From the NCBI GenBank assembly GCA_039815185.1, contig JBCBZT010000001.1, positions 32,001-96,000 on the forward strand: a DNA stretch of 64,000 bases, in the 5' to 3' direction. How positions within the stretch are numbered: the first letter of the stretch is position 1; the number at the start of each line of letters is the position of its first letter. The notes under the pieces are model-generated. The model had not been told where the DNA came from and made no database searches. It saw only the letters and a list, made by a program, of their open reading frames with translations. The position numbers were made by a program, and so were the translations under genes. Origin of the DNA: Cyanobacteria bacterium P01_A01_bin.123 (GTDB lineage Bacteria; Cyanobacteriota; Cyanobacteriia; Phormidesmidales; Phormidesmidaceae). Of this stretch, positions 1-9,869 are shown piece by piece.

Positions 1-808
1 CGACGTAAAGCTTGAGCTGATCCTTCTCAGCAATATCAGGGCGTGTGTGGTCAAACCGGAGGACAGTATTGTCTCCCTCAGTAACGTCGTTGTTTGTAAA
101 TTGAACCCGATCACCATCAATCTCGGTGATGGTCAATTCCTCATCCCGGAAGCGGCTATTATCGCTATCTGAACCATTCCAGCCATAGCTAGTACCGCCA
201 AGAACGAGTTTGTCACCAACTTTCCAGCCAGTAGGTGCCTGCTTAAGCACCAGTTCGCGATCGCCAGCCACTGCATCTTTGGCCAGGGCAATGAAGTCTG
301 TTTTCTCAGCACCGTGAATATTAACCTTCCCATGGGTAATCACCCCCCGACTGAGCTGTGTCGGGTCCCAATTAGTATTGATGTCGCCTTCGTTGGCGAT
401 GACGATTTGGGCCGTTTTGTCTGCTTGAATCGGATTGTTAGCGGTACCGATATTGAGGGTTCCTGAGGCGGTTTCAACAAAGGTATCGACCACTAGCTTG
501 GTGTTTTTGTTGTGGGCAAAGGTGAGGGTCCCATCCAATCGAACGGTTTTAATGCGGGTATCGCTTTCGCTGTCGTAGCGGACACTTACCCCTTCTGCAA
601 TCCTAACTTTGGCTCCATCACCGGGGACTTTACCCCCTTGCCACGTGCTGGGGGCAAACCAAGAACCGTTGTTGATAGCAACATGGGTGGCTTTATCCTT
701 GGGCACCAGATCCATGAGCGCCTGGTGTTCCTTCATCTTGACCGGATCGCCTGCATGGGGGGTATGACCGGCCATGGGCATATGGGTAGTCATCATGGGG
801 GTATCCAT
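1..808 (-). CDS. G8 domain-containing large protein (partial, continues beyond window start)
   Basis: Not in the ORF track. Manual translation from ATG at 808 (GGAGA upstream) is open to position 1: MDTPMMTTHMPMAGHTPHAGD...ATHVAINNGSWFAPSTWQGGKVPGDGAKVRI...RLDGTLTF...GTLNIGTANNPI...GWKVGDKLVLGGT, a pattern typical of G8 domains. Confidence 0.75.
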   Translation of the reverse strand, partial: MDTPMMTTHMPMAGHTPHAGDPVKMKEHQALMDLVPKDKATHVAINNGSWFAPSTWQGGKVPGDGAKVRIAEGVSVRYDSESDTRIKTVRLDGTLTFAHNKNTKLVVDTFVETASGTLNIGTANNPIQADKTAQIVIANEGDINTNWDPTQLSRGVITHGKVNIHGAEKTDFIALAKDAVAGDRELVLKQAPTGWKVGDKLVLGGTSYGWNGSDSDNSRFRDEELTITEIDGDRVQFTNNDVTEGDNTVLRFDHTRPDIAEKDQLKLYV

Positions 809-860
809 GGGTGCGTGTCTCCGTATTTTGAATTCTGCAACGCTGCTGAAACCTGGGAAT

Positions 861-982
861 GGCTGAGGACAATCGTCAGTCCTCAGCCTGATGGAGCGCT
901 TCGCAGATTACTCAATCTGCGAAGCGCTTAGTTAACGAGACGATCTGCTCGCAGCCGCCACAATGCTTGGTGGTGGCTGCGA
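861..982. other. Three consecutive intergenic stem-loops
   Basis: GGCTGAGGAC/GTCCTCAGCC (861-888); AGCGCTTCGCAGATT/AATCTGCGAAGCGCT (895-928); TCGCAGCCGCCAC/GTGGTGGCTGCGA (949-982, one G-T pair). Confidence 0.8.
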
Positions 983-1005
983 TACCTATTCAAGGGCTGT
1001 GGGGG

Positions 1006-3639
1006 CTATACCGCTGAGCCAGTCAAGCTTCCCGATTGCCCCTCCAGCGCCAGGAAGGAGACCGCTTCGGTAGTGTGGTTGAGTTCACTATCAAGCGACT
1101 GCTCCTCATACACCCTCACCCCAAAGCTGGTCGCGCTGATGTCATCTAGCCTCAGGTTGGCCGTGTCTGAGCCCTCAAAAGACCCCAACTTGACAATCAC
1201 AGCGGGGGCGACATCAAAGTCTGCTGCAAAACTGACTTTAGAGCGACTGTCGTCATGGCTTTGACCTGTAGTGTTGCTCTGCATCAGGGTGTCGCCATCG
1301 AAGGCTGTTCCCGATTCAACCGCTAACCAGCCAATGGTTTCTTGCGTATGACCGCCATTGTTGAGTGCTTCTTCTTCCTGCATGGCGACTTGGAAGTCCG
1401 TGGCGGACTGACCTTTGGTACGAGTCGTGACCCAATCTCCACCATTGAAAGTTTGCACTTGAGACAACACTGTTGGGGCTGACTCAAAGCCAGTGATGTC
1501 AACGGACTCAAAGCCTTGAGTAGTGAGTTGATCACTGTTGCGGGTACCTGCTGAAAGGCGAGTGCCATCTGCGAGTTCCCAGTCCCCAGCCTCCATAACA
1601 AGATAGGAAACCGATTCGTTGGTGTGGGTATCGTCTTTGTACTTGGGTTCCTGGAGGCGCACTTGGAACGTGTTATCAGTGATATTGCGGAGGCGAATCG
1701 CAGCGGGATCTGAGCCGTTAAAGGTAGGGTCGGACACGATTACGACCGGGTTATCGTAAGTCTCATCGAGGGCAACCGTTTGCCATTGGTCATTGAGGGT
1801 GAGGCTACCATATTCGCCAATGGCGTCGCTTTGGGGTTGCGCCCCATCCACAACGCTGTAGTCAAGGTCAGCAGCCCCAACAACCTGACCTTTAGCGCCC
1901 TCTTGCGTGTAGGCAGTGGCCTTGAGGGTAAAGTCGCCTTCGCTCAGGGGTTTACCGTAGAAATCACCGTCTATATCGCCAAACAGGGCGTAGGGTTTGA
2001 TGTTTTCGGTGCGGTTCCCCAGAGGAGACTCAAATTTGACGCTCTTAACTGATTGGGCATCGGGATGGTCAGGGTTAATTTTAGCCACCACGTTGTACTG
2101 AGTGAGATCCACCTCATTTAGATTGATGGTGTCATTAGCCCCGAGGTCTTCAAAGCCCTCAACAAATTCTTCAGTCTCAGGGTTGACTAAAGCAAACGTT
2201 ATCAGGTCTTTTCCAGGGGTGGGGTTAGGCTCCGGTTCTGGTTCCGGTTCCGGTGGTGGATTTGGATTACTCCCTTTGATCGGTGATTGAGGGGCATCTG
2301 CATCCTTTAAAAATCCGTCGTTACTCAAGGTCACGCGATCCAGGGCGTATCCATCCGAGCGTCCTGAAATCTCCAAACGATATTGGGTGTCAGCTTGGAG
2401 GGTAACTTGAGCCTGAGACTTGTTATGGTTGGCATCAAATGTTGTGCCCCACTTCAATTCCCTGTCTGAACTCCCTAATCCAGTGAAGAGTTTGGTGGGT
2501 GACTGAACGACTGCGCCAGTTTCAGCATTAATGATAGAAACGTAGGCATCATTGCCTGTGTCTGTACGTTCTGGCCCACTCTTGCCATTTTCATAGCGAT
2601 CGCTGGCGTTCATGGCAGATTTGATCCGCCCTGAATGCATGGCAATGCTATAGGTACCGGCCTCATCGGTTTCAAATTGGTAAGCCAGCGTTTGACCGTT
2701 GGGTACCTTACCGTAACTGCTTTGAGCCGCATCCCAAAGCAAAGACGCTTCACCCCCAACAGTCACTTTCTGCCAGTCACCCGTGGGATTAGCTGACTCC
2801 GCCTCGATGACCACTTGTCCGTTTTGCGCCAGGAATACCGAACCACTTGGATTTGGGGTAGGGGGTTCCGGTGGTGGTGGTATCGATGGGTCAAACGATG
2901 GTGGATTGGCATCAAAGAAGGCTTTGGCATCGAAGGGGTCAGCCGTTTCTTGGCCGGTAATGGCATAGAACAGCATCCCGGCATCCGAGGGGTCATTCAC
3001 TTTCCCCTGGGCGTTTTGCATCTTCTCCCGGGCTTCTTGCAGCACTGGATTATTGGTGGTGTCTAGCCAGTCCCATTCAAAGCTGTTGAATCCCTTATCG
3101 TTGTTGCTGCCGTTGTTTTGGTCTTGGATATCGATCTGCTGAACCTCTGGAAAATCTGCGGCGATGTCACTCCAGGTTCTGGGTTTGCCGCCGCCGGGGC
3201 GAGTGCCAACAGCCCGATTTTCGTTCCAGCTTGAGTGGGAGAGCGCCACAACATTGCCACGATTGGCGGGGCTGGTTTGCTCAAGTGCCCGATATATGGC
3301 CTCCATCGGGCCACCCTCAATGGCTAAAACCTTCTTGCCTGAATTGAGAATTTTGACTAACTCATCGGTTGTCTGTTGAATGCCGTCTTGATAGCTGTGG
3401 GTAGTAATGCCAAGCTTGTCAGCAAAGGCCGCACTTTCGCGCATGGCAGCGACTTGAGACGTGCTATCGGGTTCACTCAAGTTGTTGCCGTAGAAGAACG
3501 TGATCTTGTCTGCTAGTCCTGCTGATTGGGCAATGGACGCAGCAATCGGTAAAGCCGAGATATCATCCTTATCGTTGTTGTTGCCATCAAAATGAAACGT
3601 AATGGCGTCGAATTCAGAGAGATTAATATTTGACTGCAT
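1006..3639 (-). CDS. Large multidomain putative extracellular protein: nucleoside-hydrolase-like N-terminal domain, Pro-rich linkers, CBM-like beta-sandwich and three C-terminal lectin-like repeats
   Basis: 932-aa ORF, likely start MQSNIN at 3639. Motifs DGNNNDKDDI and GGPMEAIYRAL; PEPEP linkers; VVIEAES; repeated WQTV/FESV...PVV...F.V.(L/M)QEE units. Confidence 0.65.
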   Translation of the reverse strand: MQSNINLSEFDAITFHFDGNNNDKDDISALPIAASIAQSAGLADKITFFYGNNLSEPDSTSQVAAMRESAAFADKLGITTHSYQDGIQQTTDELVKILNSGKKVLAIEGGPMEAIYRALEQTSPANRGNVVALSHSSWNENRAVGTRPGGGKPRTWSDIAADFPEVQQIDIQDQNNGSNNDKGFNSFEWDWLDTTNNPVLQEAREKMQNAQGKVNDPSDAGMLFYAITGQETADPFDAKAFFDANPPSFDPSIPPPPEPPTPNPSGSVFLAQNGQVVIEAESANPTGDWQKVTVGGEASLLWDAAQSSYGKVPNGQTLAYQFETDEAGTYSIAMHSGRIKSAMNASDRYENGKSGPERTDTGNDAYVSIINAETGAVVQSPTKLFTGLGSSDRELKWGTTFDANHNKSQAQVTLQADTQYRLEISGRSDGYALDRVTLSNDGFLKDADAPQSPIKGSNPNPPPEPEPEPEPNPTPGKDLITFALVNPETEEFVEGFEDLGANDTINLNEVDLTQYNVVAKINPDHPDAQSVKSVKFESPLGNRTENIKPYALFGDIDGDFYGKPLSEGDFTLKATAYTQEGAKGQVVGAADLDYSVVDGAQPQSDAIGEYGSLTLNDQWQTVALDETYDNPVVIVSDPTFNGSDPAAIRLRNITDNTFQVRLQEPKYKDDTHTNESVSYLVMEAGDWELADGTRLSAGTRNSDQLTTQGFESVDITGFESAPTVLSQVQTFNGGDWVTTRTKGQSATDFQVAMQEEEALNNGGHTQETIGWLAVESGTAFDGDTLMQSNTTGQSHDDSRSKVSFAADFDVAPAVIVKLGSFEGSDTANLRLDDISATSFGVRVYEEQSLDSELNHTTEAVSFLALEGQSGSLTGSAV

Positions 3640-4437
3640 GGTTTTAGAGTAGTCTCTACTACTCAGTGTTGGTTCTGAATGGTCTTCACGACTAGGTATC
3701 GATGGAGTTGGGTTAGGCGTTGACTCTACAAAAGAGGCAAGTTCTGGCTTGGGTTGCAAACTGGCAGCAGATGCCCAATGCGATCGCCGAAACCCTAAAC
3801 CCAACAGTGATGGTCTTAGTTGACTTGTCTGATAGCGTTCTTCAAAAGAAAATGGCTTGCACCAATTTCTGTGACATTAGAGTTGAGCAAATGAGCCTAA
3901 TAGCCAGAATCATCGGTTTCACCACAAGGTCACGTATGGCTAAGCCGCAAAGTCTTGATGAGTTGTCGATCAGAATGCGGTTCAGCATCTAAGAAACTTC
4001 TGAATGAAGCGTTCTAGGCTGAACATGAACGAGGTGAATCAATTGACACCGCAACAAAACTTTGGGGCATGGCTAAAAGGCAAACATCAATCTAGAGCAT
4101 AGTTCCTGAAGGTAGGGAGAATGTTAACGATAGCGAGGGTAGATGGGTAGCGCATATCAGCACATAAGATAGGCAAAAGCTCAACTCACTTCACAAGGCT
4201 TTCTTATCTGTGCCACCACTAAAGTACGAGGTTGGGAAACACTCGTCTGTGAGAAAAAGGAGCCAGATAAATCCTGATAATTTCTGGTATTCCGCAGCAA
4301 GAAAAGAATCAGAAATGGACGATTTAGATGCGATCGCCCCATTATTAAAAGTAAATTTTCATATCAAAAAGTTTCTAAATCAAGGGGGATACCATTTAGA
4401 AAAAATAGTGAATAATGCTTCTTAATAAGTGAGAAGC

Positions 4438-4472
4438 TAAAAAATGCCCCTCCCCCCGCAGGAGGAGGATTG
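4438..4472 (-). terminator. Rho-independent terminator downstream of ggpS
   Basis: Minus strand reads TCCTCCTCC-TGCG-GGGGGAGGGG followed by CATTTTTT. Confidence 0.6.
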
Positions 4473-4489
4473 GAAGACGAGGTTTGCGC

Positions 4490-5992
4490 CTAGACGGCTA
4501 CTGGCTGTTCACCCAAAATCGCCGTTGCATTAGCTTCACGGAACATGTGATTCGCCCACTGCTGCACATCGTAACGGCGAATCGCCTTATTTAATCCGGT
4601 CATACGTCGCTGTTGCTCTTCTGCAGACATATCTAGCGCCCTATCGATGCACTCGTCCATACTCTTGTCTGAATAAGGGTTAGTTAACACCGCATCCGGC
4701 AGTTCCACTGCCGACCCAGTAAACTCTGACAACACCAGCACCCCATTCTGGCCTTCATGGGCTGCCACATATTCCTTGGCAACTAGATTCAATCCATCTC
4801 GCAAGGGACAAATCCAGGCGATATCGGCAGCTTTGTAGACTGCCATTAGATCGTTAAAGGGGACAGGTTCAGTAAACAGCTGAATCGGGGTCCAATTGAG
4901 CTTAGAAAAGCGCCCGTTGATCTGCCCCACCAACTGCTCAATCTGGCTTTGGGCTTCCCGATAGACCCGCATTCCCGATGCCGCCTTCACCGCCGTCATA
5001 ATTAGATTGACTTTGCCCAAGCGCTCAGGTTGACGCTCTAGGAGCCGCTCATAGCACAGCAGCATCTCTTTGGCACCCTTCACATAATCCACCCGTCCAG
5101 CAGAAACGATCAGCGTGTTGTCACCGATATCTTCGCGGAGTTTGGTGATACGCTCTTTTACTTCCGGACGGTTGACTACGCTGACGATATAGTCGGGGCT
5201 AGTACCCACGGGGAAGGCATCGAGGTTGATCAACCGACCTTTATAGCTCAGTTGGGTCACCATCTCTGGTTCTGCTAGGGCCGACCCCACAGCAGTAAAG
5301 GATTCGGGCACAGGCACCCGGCGGGTAATGTCAACATGCCGACAACTGCGGGCCGCAGTAACAAAGTTTTGCACATAGCGGGGAATGTGGAAACCACAGA
5401 GGTCGCAACATAGCAAGCTGTCGATAATGGCCTCGCGCCAGTGCAAAATGTTGAAGACGTCAGCAGCGGGGAAGGGGGTGTGATGGAAGAAGGCGATCTT
5501 AACATCGGGCATCTGCTGCCGAATGTAATAGGGCGTTAGCCACAGGTTATAGTCGTGAATCCAAATCAGGGCATCATCAGCGGCGTCTTCGCAAGCAGCT
5601 TGAGCAAATAGACGATTGATGTTTTGAAAGTTTTCCCAGTCAGAGCTTTCGTAGGTGAAATGCTCAGGAAACGAGTGCAAAATCGGCCAGAAAGCTTCCT
5701 TAGAGGTGATGTGATAAAAGTTTTTCACCTGATCTTGCGTCAGGGGAATCCGCCGGACGACACAGCTGTCGCTGCCCCCTTCCATCGTCACCCGCTCTTC
5801 AAAGTTGACTTGTTGCTCATTCGACACCTGTTTCCAGGCCACCCAGGTGCTTTGCGCGGCATTGGCAAAAAAGTTTTTTAGCGTGGGTACGATGCCGTTG
5901 GGGCTTTTCTTTTCGCGGTAGTAAATCTTGCCGTTTTCTTTGACTTCGTCGTAGGGTTCCCGGTGATAAAGAATAACTAGAGAAGATTTCAT
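4490..5992 (-). CDS. ggpS: Glucosylglycerol-phosphate synthase (GT20)
   Basis: N-terminus MKSSLVILYHREPYDEV...KSPNGIVPTL; GT20 motifs WIHDYNLWL, FFHHTPFP, RVDYVKG, PLRDGLNLVAKEY. Confidence 0.95.
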   Translation of the reverse strand: MKSSLVILYHREPYDEVKENGKIYYREKKSPNGIVPTLKNFFANAAQSTWVAWKQVSNEQQVNFEERVTMEGGSDSCVVRRIPLTQDQVKNFYHITSKEAFWPILHSFPEHFTYESSDWENFQNINRLFAQAACEDAADDALIWIHDYNLWLTPYYIRQQMPDVKIAFFHHTPFPAADVFNILHWREAIIDSLLCCDLCGFHIPRYVQNFVTAARSCRHVDITRRVPVPESFTAVGSALAEPEMVTQLSYKGRLINLDAFPVGTSPDYIVSVVNRPEVKERITKLREDIGDNTLIVSAGRVDYVKGAKEMLLCYERLLERQPERLGKVNLIMTAVKAASGMRVYREAQSQIEQLVGQINGRFSKLNWTPIQLFTEPVPFNDLMAVYKAADIAWICPLRDGLNLVAKEYVAAHEGQNGVLVLSEFTGSAVELPDAVLTNPYSDKSMDECIDRALDMSAEEQQRRMTGLNKAIRRYDVQQWANHMFREANATAILGEQPVAV

Positions 5993-6704
5993 GCCAGAGC
6001 CTCCTGAAGATATGCATCAACTTTTCAGCGATCGCTACCTATCCTATCTCTGCCTGTTGTCTAGGATGCTTTTGCCCAGACTCCTCTTGCCTACTTGCAT
6101 AACATCATAAGCAGGTTTGAGACGGGCTGTAGGTCGCTGGGGGTGGGTTTGGCATTAGGGCCAACATAAACGACTAAACAAAATCCGCCTCTATGACCAC
6201 CCCACCCCATCATCAAAGGGATAGCCCATCTCGTCAAATTCACCGCATGGGGCTGCTATTCGAGAATGGGCGGGCTTATAATTTCGGATAGTAGGATTAG
6301 AACCAGCGTTTTTTATTCAGTCTTCTTTATTCAATGTCTCTAAAGTCATTTAAACTTAATGCTTATTTAAACTGTGGTGCCCCTGCTTGGAATCAAGTAA
6401 AGCATCCAGTGTTTGCTTCGGTGAAGTTGCGCCGAATCCTTTAGATTTCAAGCGTTGGCCCGACCACAAGCCTCACGAAATCTTTAAGGCAAGTGGCTAG
6501 TCTGTACGATTGAATGAATGCTGATAGATCGCGATTGAATGCGAGTAGGGCGATCGCGATCGGGACGCGTTTTTCAAAATTTAGTCTGGTTCAGTTTGAC
6601 CCTTTAGGCATTTGTCGTCACAATCTTGGGCAATCTGAACGTGGCCAGGATTGATTTATGATGATGCACTGCTCCTTTGTAAGTAAGTTTGGGACTCAAT
6701 TGCC

Positions 6705-9440
6705 GTGGTAGCTAAGACCTTGCCCACTGTTCAACTGGTTAAAGACGAAACCCATGCCTTGATTAACTGGGCAAAAAGCATTTGGGCGTCAGAGGACACT
6801 TATTTTTCTAAAGGTAAGCAGCTCGCTAAACGTCTGGGTGCCCATTATCGTCGCGACGGGCTGGTGGAGTTTGGTTTTTGGACGCCAGAACTGGCAGGGG
6901 ATGTCATTCAGTCAGAACGCCAATTAGACCTGGAGGTATTTACCCCGCTAAAACCGATTCATTTCCGTGAGCCTGAGCAAACGGTAACCTTTAAGCGCGA
7001 TCGCATTCCAGTAATGCAGCGGGGAGAATTTGTCTGGGGAGTCGTGGCAGGGTTGCGACCGGGCACCCGCGATCGCGCCGGTTGCTTTTACTGGTTACGC
7101 CATGTTGATGCCGACGATCGGCTACACTACATCCGCGATCCGCTGGCCTATTCTTTACCCTACGGCGTATTCGCCCCCGCAGAGCTCTACGATATGCGGC
7201 GGCTCCAGCGCTATCGCAGCGATATGGCCTACTTCCGCCGCCACTGTGCGCCAGCCTCAAATCCTGAAGCGCCAGTGCCCCGCGTTAGCGATCCGGTCAA
7301 CATTTTGCAAATCCATGTCAAGACCGCATCTCCAGAAGGGACGCTAGAGGGCTTGACCCACATTTTTCAACGCATCTCCGACAAGCTCAAAGCCAAAGAA
7401 CCGCTGACGGCCTTCGAGCAATCCTATATGGGCTATGACTCGGTACAGCTGCTGCCGGTTGAACCCACCATTGAATATCGTCGGGAAGACGCCAACGTTG
7501 AACATGAATTTTTTGCCATGCAGTCAGATGACTCAGGTGAGGCAGCAGACCAGGAAACCGAAGGCGACAGGATAGAGATCATTTTGCGCCAGCCCAACAC
7601 CGATAACTGGGGCTATGACGTGCCGATCCTCGGTTCCTCTTGTACAAATCCGGCTGTGCTGAGCAGCCTCCGGCCTGACGAAATGATTGATTTCGTTGCC
7701 ACCCTCCACAACTTTTCTGCGGGGCCGATTAAGCTGATCTACGATCTGGTCTATGGCCATGCTGACAACCAATCCCTAGAGTTACTCACTCACCAGTTTC
7801 TCAAGGGGCCCAATATGTATGGTCAAGACCTCAACCACCAATCGCCCCAAGTGCGTGCCATTTTGCTGGAGATGCAGCGGCGCAAAATCAATACTGGGGC
7901 CGACGGCATTCGAGTTGATGGCGGGCAAGACTTCCGCTTTTTTAACCCGCTTTCGGGCCGGGTAGAGCAAGACGACGCCTATTTGCTAGCTATGAGCGAT
8001 GTAGTGCAAGACATTAACGGCTGTCGGCGGTTAATGTTCACTATTTTTGAAGACGGTCGCCCCTGGCCAAAACCCGGTTGGGAAGAAAAATCCACTTACC
8101 GCGAACTGATCGAACTCAAACCCGAGTCGTACCAGTGGGGACCATTGATTTTTGCCCATAACACCCCCACCCTTAAACGCTTTTGGGACCGCAAATGGCG
8201 GCGAGTCTGTGAAGTGATCTTTCAAGGCGACCACTGGATTACTGGATGCGGCAACCATGACACCGTGCGTCGGGGCAACCAAGTTGAACCCGAAAAGCCG
8301 ATCAACTGGAATTTGGGTAAAACGCTAGTCCAAGTGTTGACTAAAGCCTATAACAACGAGGCCACTCAAATTTGGGTACATGGGTTTAGCCCCGGGATGC
8401 CAATGGATTTTCTCAATGCCTTGGTTGGTACACCTTGGGGATTTTTCCGCAATACGGATGACCGCTACGGCGTTAAAGTGGTTGCCGAAGAAGTCGGCTT
8501 TTTAGACTGGCAAATTGAGCCTGAGATGTATGCCCAAGTCGATGCTTTTCCCCGCCTCAAAAAACTCGGGTTCGATGAGTTTGATGGTTTGCGCGACTTT
8601 GCCAATGCCCTGCGGGAGGCCATGATTGAAACCGACTATAACCTGCAGGCAGTCGCCGAAATCTGTCAGCACTGTTTGGGCGAACATGAAGACGGCGAGG
8701 TCTGTGAAGTGCCGCACATGGGCGATTTGAACCAACCCAACCTACCGCGCTTTTTGGCTACTTTGGACGTGCCTAAGCTAAAGGCCTTTGCCATGGCTTT
8801 TATGGAAGATGGCCACGACATGTGCAACGTGGCCCGCTATGCAGAAGATGTTAATCCTGCGATCGCCAACTTTGGCTATCAACTGCGTGAGTTTCGGCGG
8901 CAACGTCCTTGGCTGCGAGATAACCTCACCGGACGCGATCGCTTTAATCGCATCAGCGACGACGAACGCACCATTTTTTACGGTATTCGGATTAACCCAG
9001 CGCAAAGCAGTGATGCCCCTGACCAAGTGGTGGTGATTGCCCACATGGGCGGTGCCCCAATGAAAATCACCCCTGGGGATTGGCTACAGCTGGACATGGC
9101 TCGTTGGCAGGTGGCGGTCGCCACCCCAGATCTCGATATTGAGACCGATCTCAAAGATCTTCGCACCTTTGAACTCAAAGACAGTCAGGGTATTTTGCTG
9201 ATTCCAGCAGAGCCTAAACCCGAACCAGATCCAATAGTAGACACAACCCCTGTTGAGGTGCCCCAAGCCCCAGCATCAACGCCTCAACCCAAAAAAGAAT
9301 CTACACCCAAAAAGAAAACCACGACTCGGTCATCTCGCCGCTCGTCATCCACCAAAAAGTCTTCTAGCTCGTCGAGTTCTACAAAGAAAACGGCTCGCCG
9401 CCGTTCAACTAAAAAAACAGAGCCGTCTAAAGAAGATTAA
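6705..9440 (+). CDS. gghA: Glucosylglycerol hydrolase (Slr1670-like alpha-amylase fold)
   Basis: LGAHYR..G..EFGFWTP, NWGYDVPI, YDLVYGHADNQ, GADGIRVDGGQDF, CGNHDTVRRG; divergent from ggpS. Confidence 0.88.
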   Translation: MVAKTLPTVQLVKDETHALINWAKSIWASEDTYFSKGKQLAKRLGAHYRRDGLVEFGFWTPELAGDVIQSERQLDLEVFTPLKPIHFREPEQTVTFKRDRIPVMQRGEFVWGVVAGLRPGTRDRAGCFYWLRHVDADDRLHYIRDPLAYSLPYGVFAPAELYDMRRLQRYRSDMAYFRRHCAPASNPEAPVPRVSDPVNILQIHVKTASPEGTLEGLTHIFQRISDKLKAKEPLTAFEQSYMGYDSVQLLPVEPTIEYRREDANVEHEFFAMQSDDSGEAADQETEGDRIEIILRQPNTDNWGYDVPILGSSCTNPAVLSSLRPDEMIDFVATLHNFSAGPIKLIYDLVYGHADNQSLELLTHQFLKGPNMYGQDLNHQSPQVRAILLEMQRRKINTGADGIRVDGGQDFRFFNPLSGRVEQDDAYLLAMSDVVQDINGCRRLMFTIFEDGRPWPKPGWEEKSTYRELIELKPESYQWGPLIFAHNTPTLKRFWDRKWRRVCEVIFQGDHWITGCGNHDTVRRGNQVEPEKPINWNLGKTLVQVLTKAYNNEATQIWVHGFSPGMPMDFLNALVGTPWGFFRNTDDRYGVKVVAEEVGFLDWQIEPEMYAQVDAFPRLKKLGFDEFDGLRDFANALREAMIETDYNLQAVAEICQHCLGEHEDGEVCEVPHMGDLNQPNLPRFLATLDVPKLKAFAMAFMEDGHDMCNVARYAEDVNPAIANFGYQLREFRRQRPWLRDNLTGRDRFNRISDDERTIFYGIRINPAQSSDAPDQVVVIAHMGGAPMKITPGDWLQLDMARWQVAVATPDLDIETDLKDLRTFELKDSQGILLIPAEPKPEPDPIVDTTPVEVPQAPASTPQPKKESTPKKKTTTRSSRRSSSTKKSSSSSSSTKKTARRRSTKKTEPSKED

Positions 9441-9527
9441 ATTTAAAGCCCTGATAGATTCGTCAACCCTTATGCATCCGTAGACATCTATTTAACAGGA
9501 GCTACTTAACAGCGGCTACGAAGGCCA

Positions 9528-9857
9528 CTAAGCTGCATCGTAACCCGTCATTTTCTTCGACCCAATCTTTGGAAGAGTCGCAGGTGTTGGGCTACCTAAT
9601 ATTTTCTTGACCTTGTAGAGCTTCAGTAAGGCTTCTTCTTGGTCAGGGTATCTTTCGATCACAAACTGGATCAGATCATCCACAGTGCAGGGAGCCTTTG
9701 TACCGCCATTCCAAATATGAAACTCATGATGAACTTCATAGAATCTATCAGTAAATGTGATTAACAATAGGACCAATTTAGAGCGCTTTAAATTTATTAC
9801 TATGGGTTCAGTAACGGTTGACGAATCACCAATGAAGGGCATACTGAAAGCAGCCAT
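9528..9857 (-). CDS. Hypothetical protein (start uncertain)
   Basis: 109-aa ORF filling the gghA-dprA gap; no recognised motif; AT-rich. Confidence 0.35.
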   Translation of the reverse strand: MAAFSMPFIGDSSTVTEPIVINLKRSKLVLLLITFTDRFYEVHHEFHIWNGGTKAPCTVDDLIQFVIERYPDQEEALLKLYKVKKILGSPTPATLPKIGSKKMTGYDAA

Positions 9858-9869
9858 CAGGACACCGAA

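Noticed and set aside
3640..3804. N-terminal extension of the 932-aa ORF from the TTG at 3804
   Set aside because: The extension is not signal-like; the ATG at 3639 directly precedes the first domain and is the more plausible start.
4070..4120. AAAGGCAAAC motif suggesting a c-di-GMP-I riboswitch
   Set aside because: The following GAAA tetraloop stem and GACGCAAAGC elements are absent, and it is on the wrong strand for the neighbouring gene.
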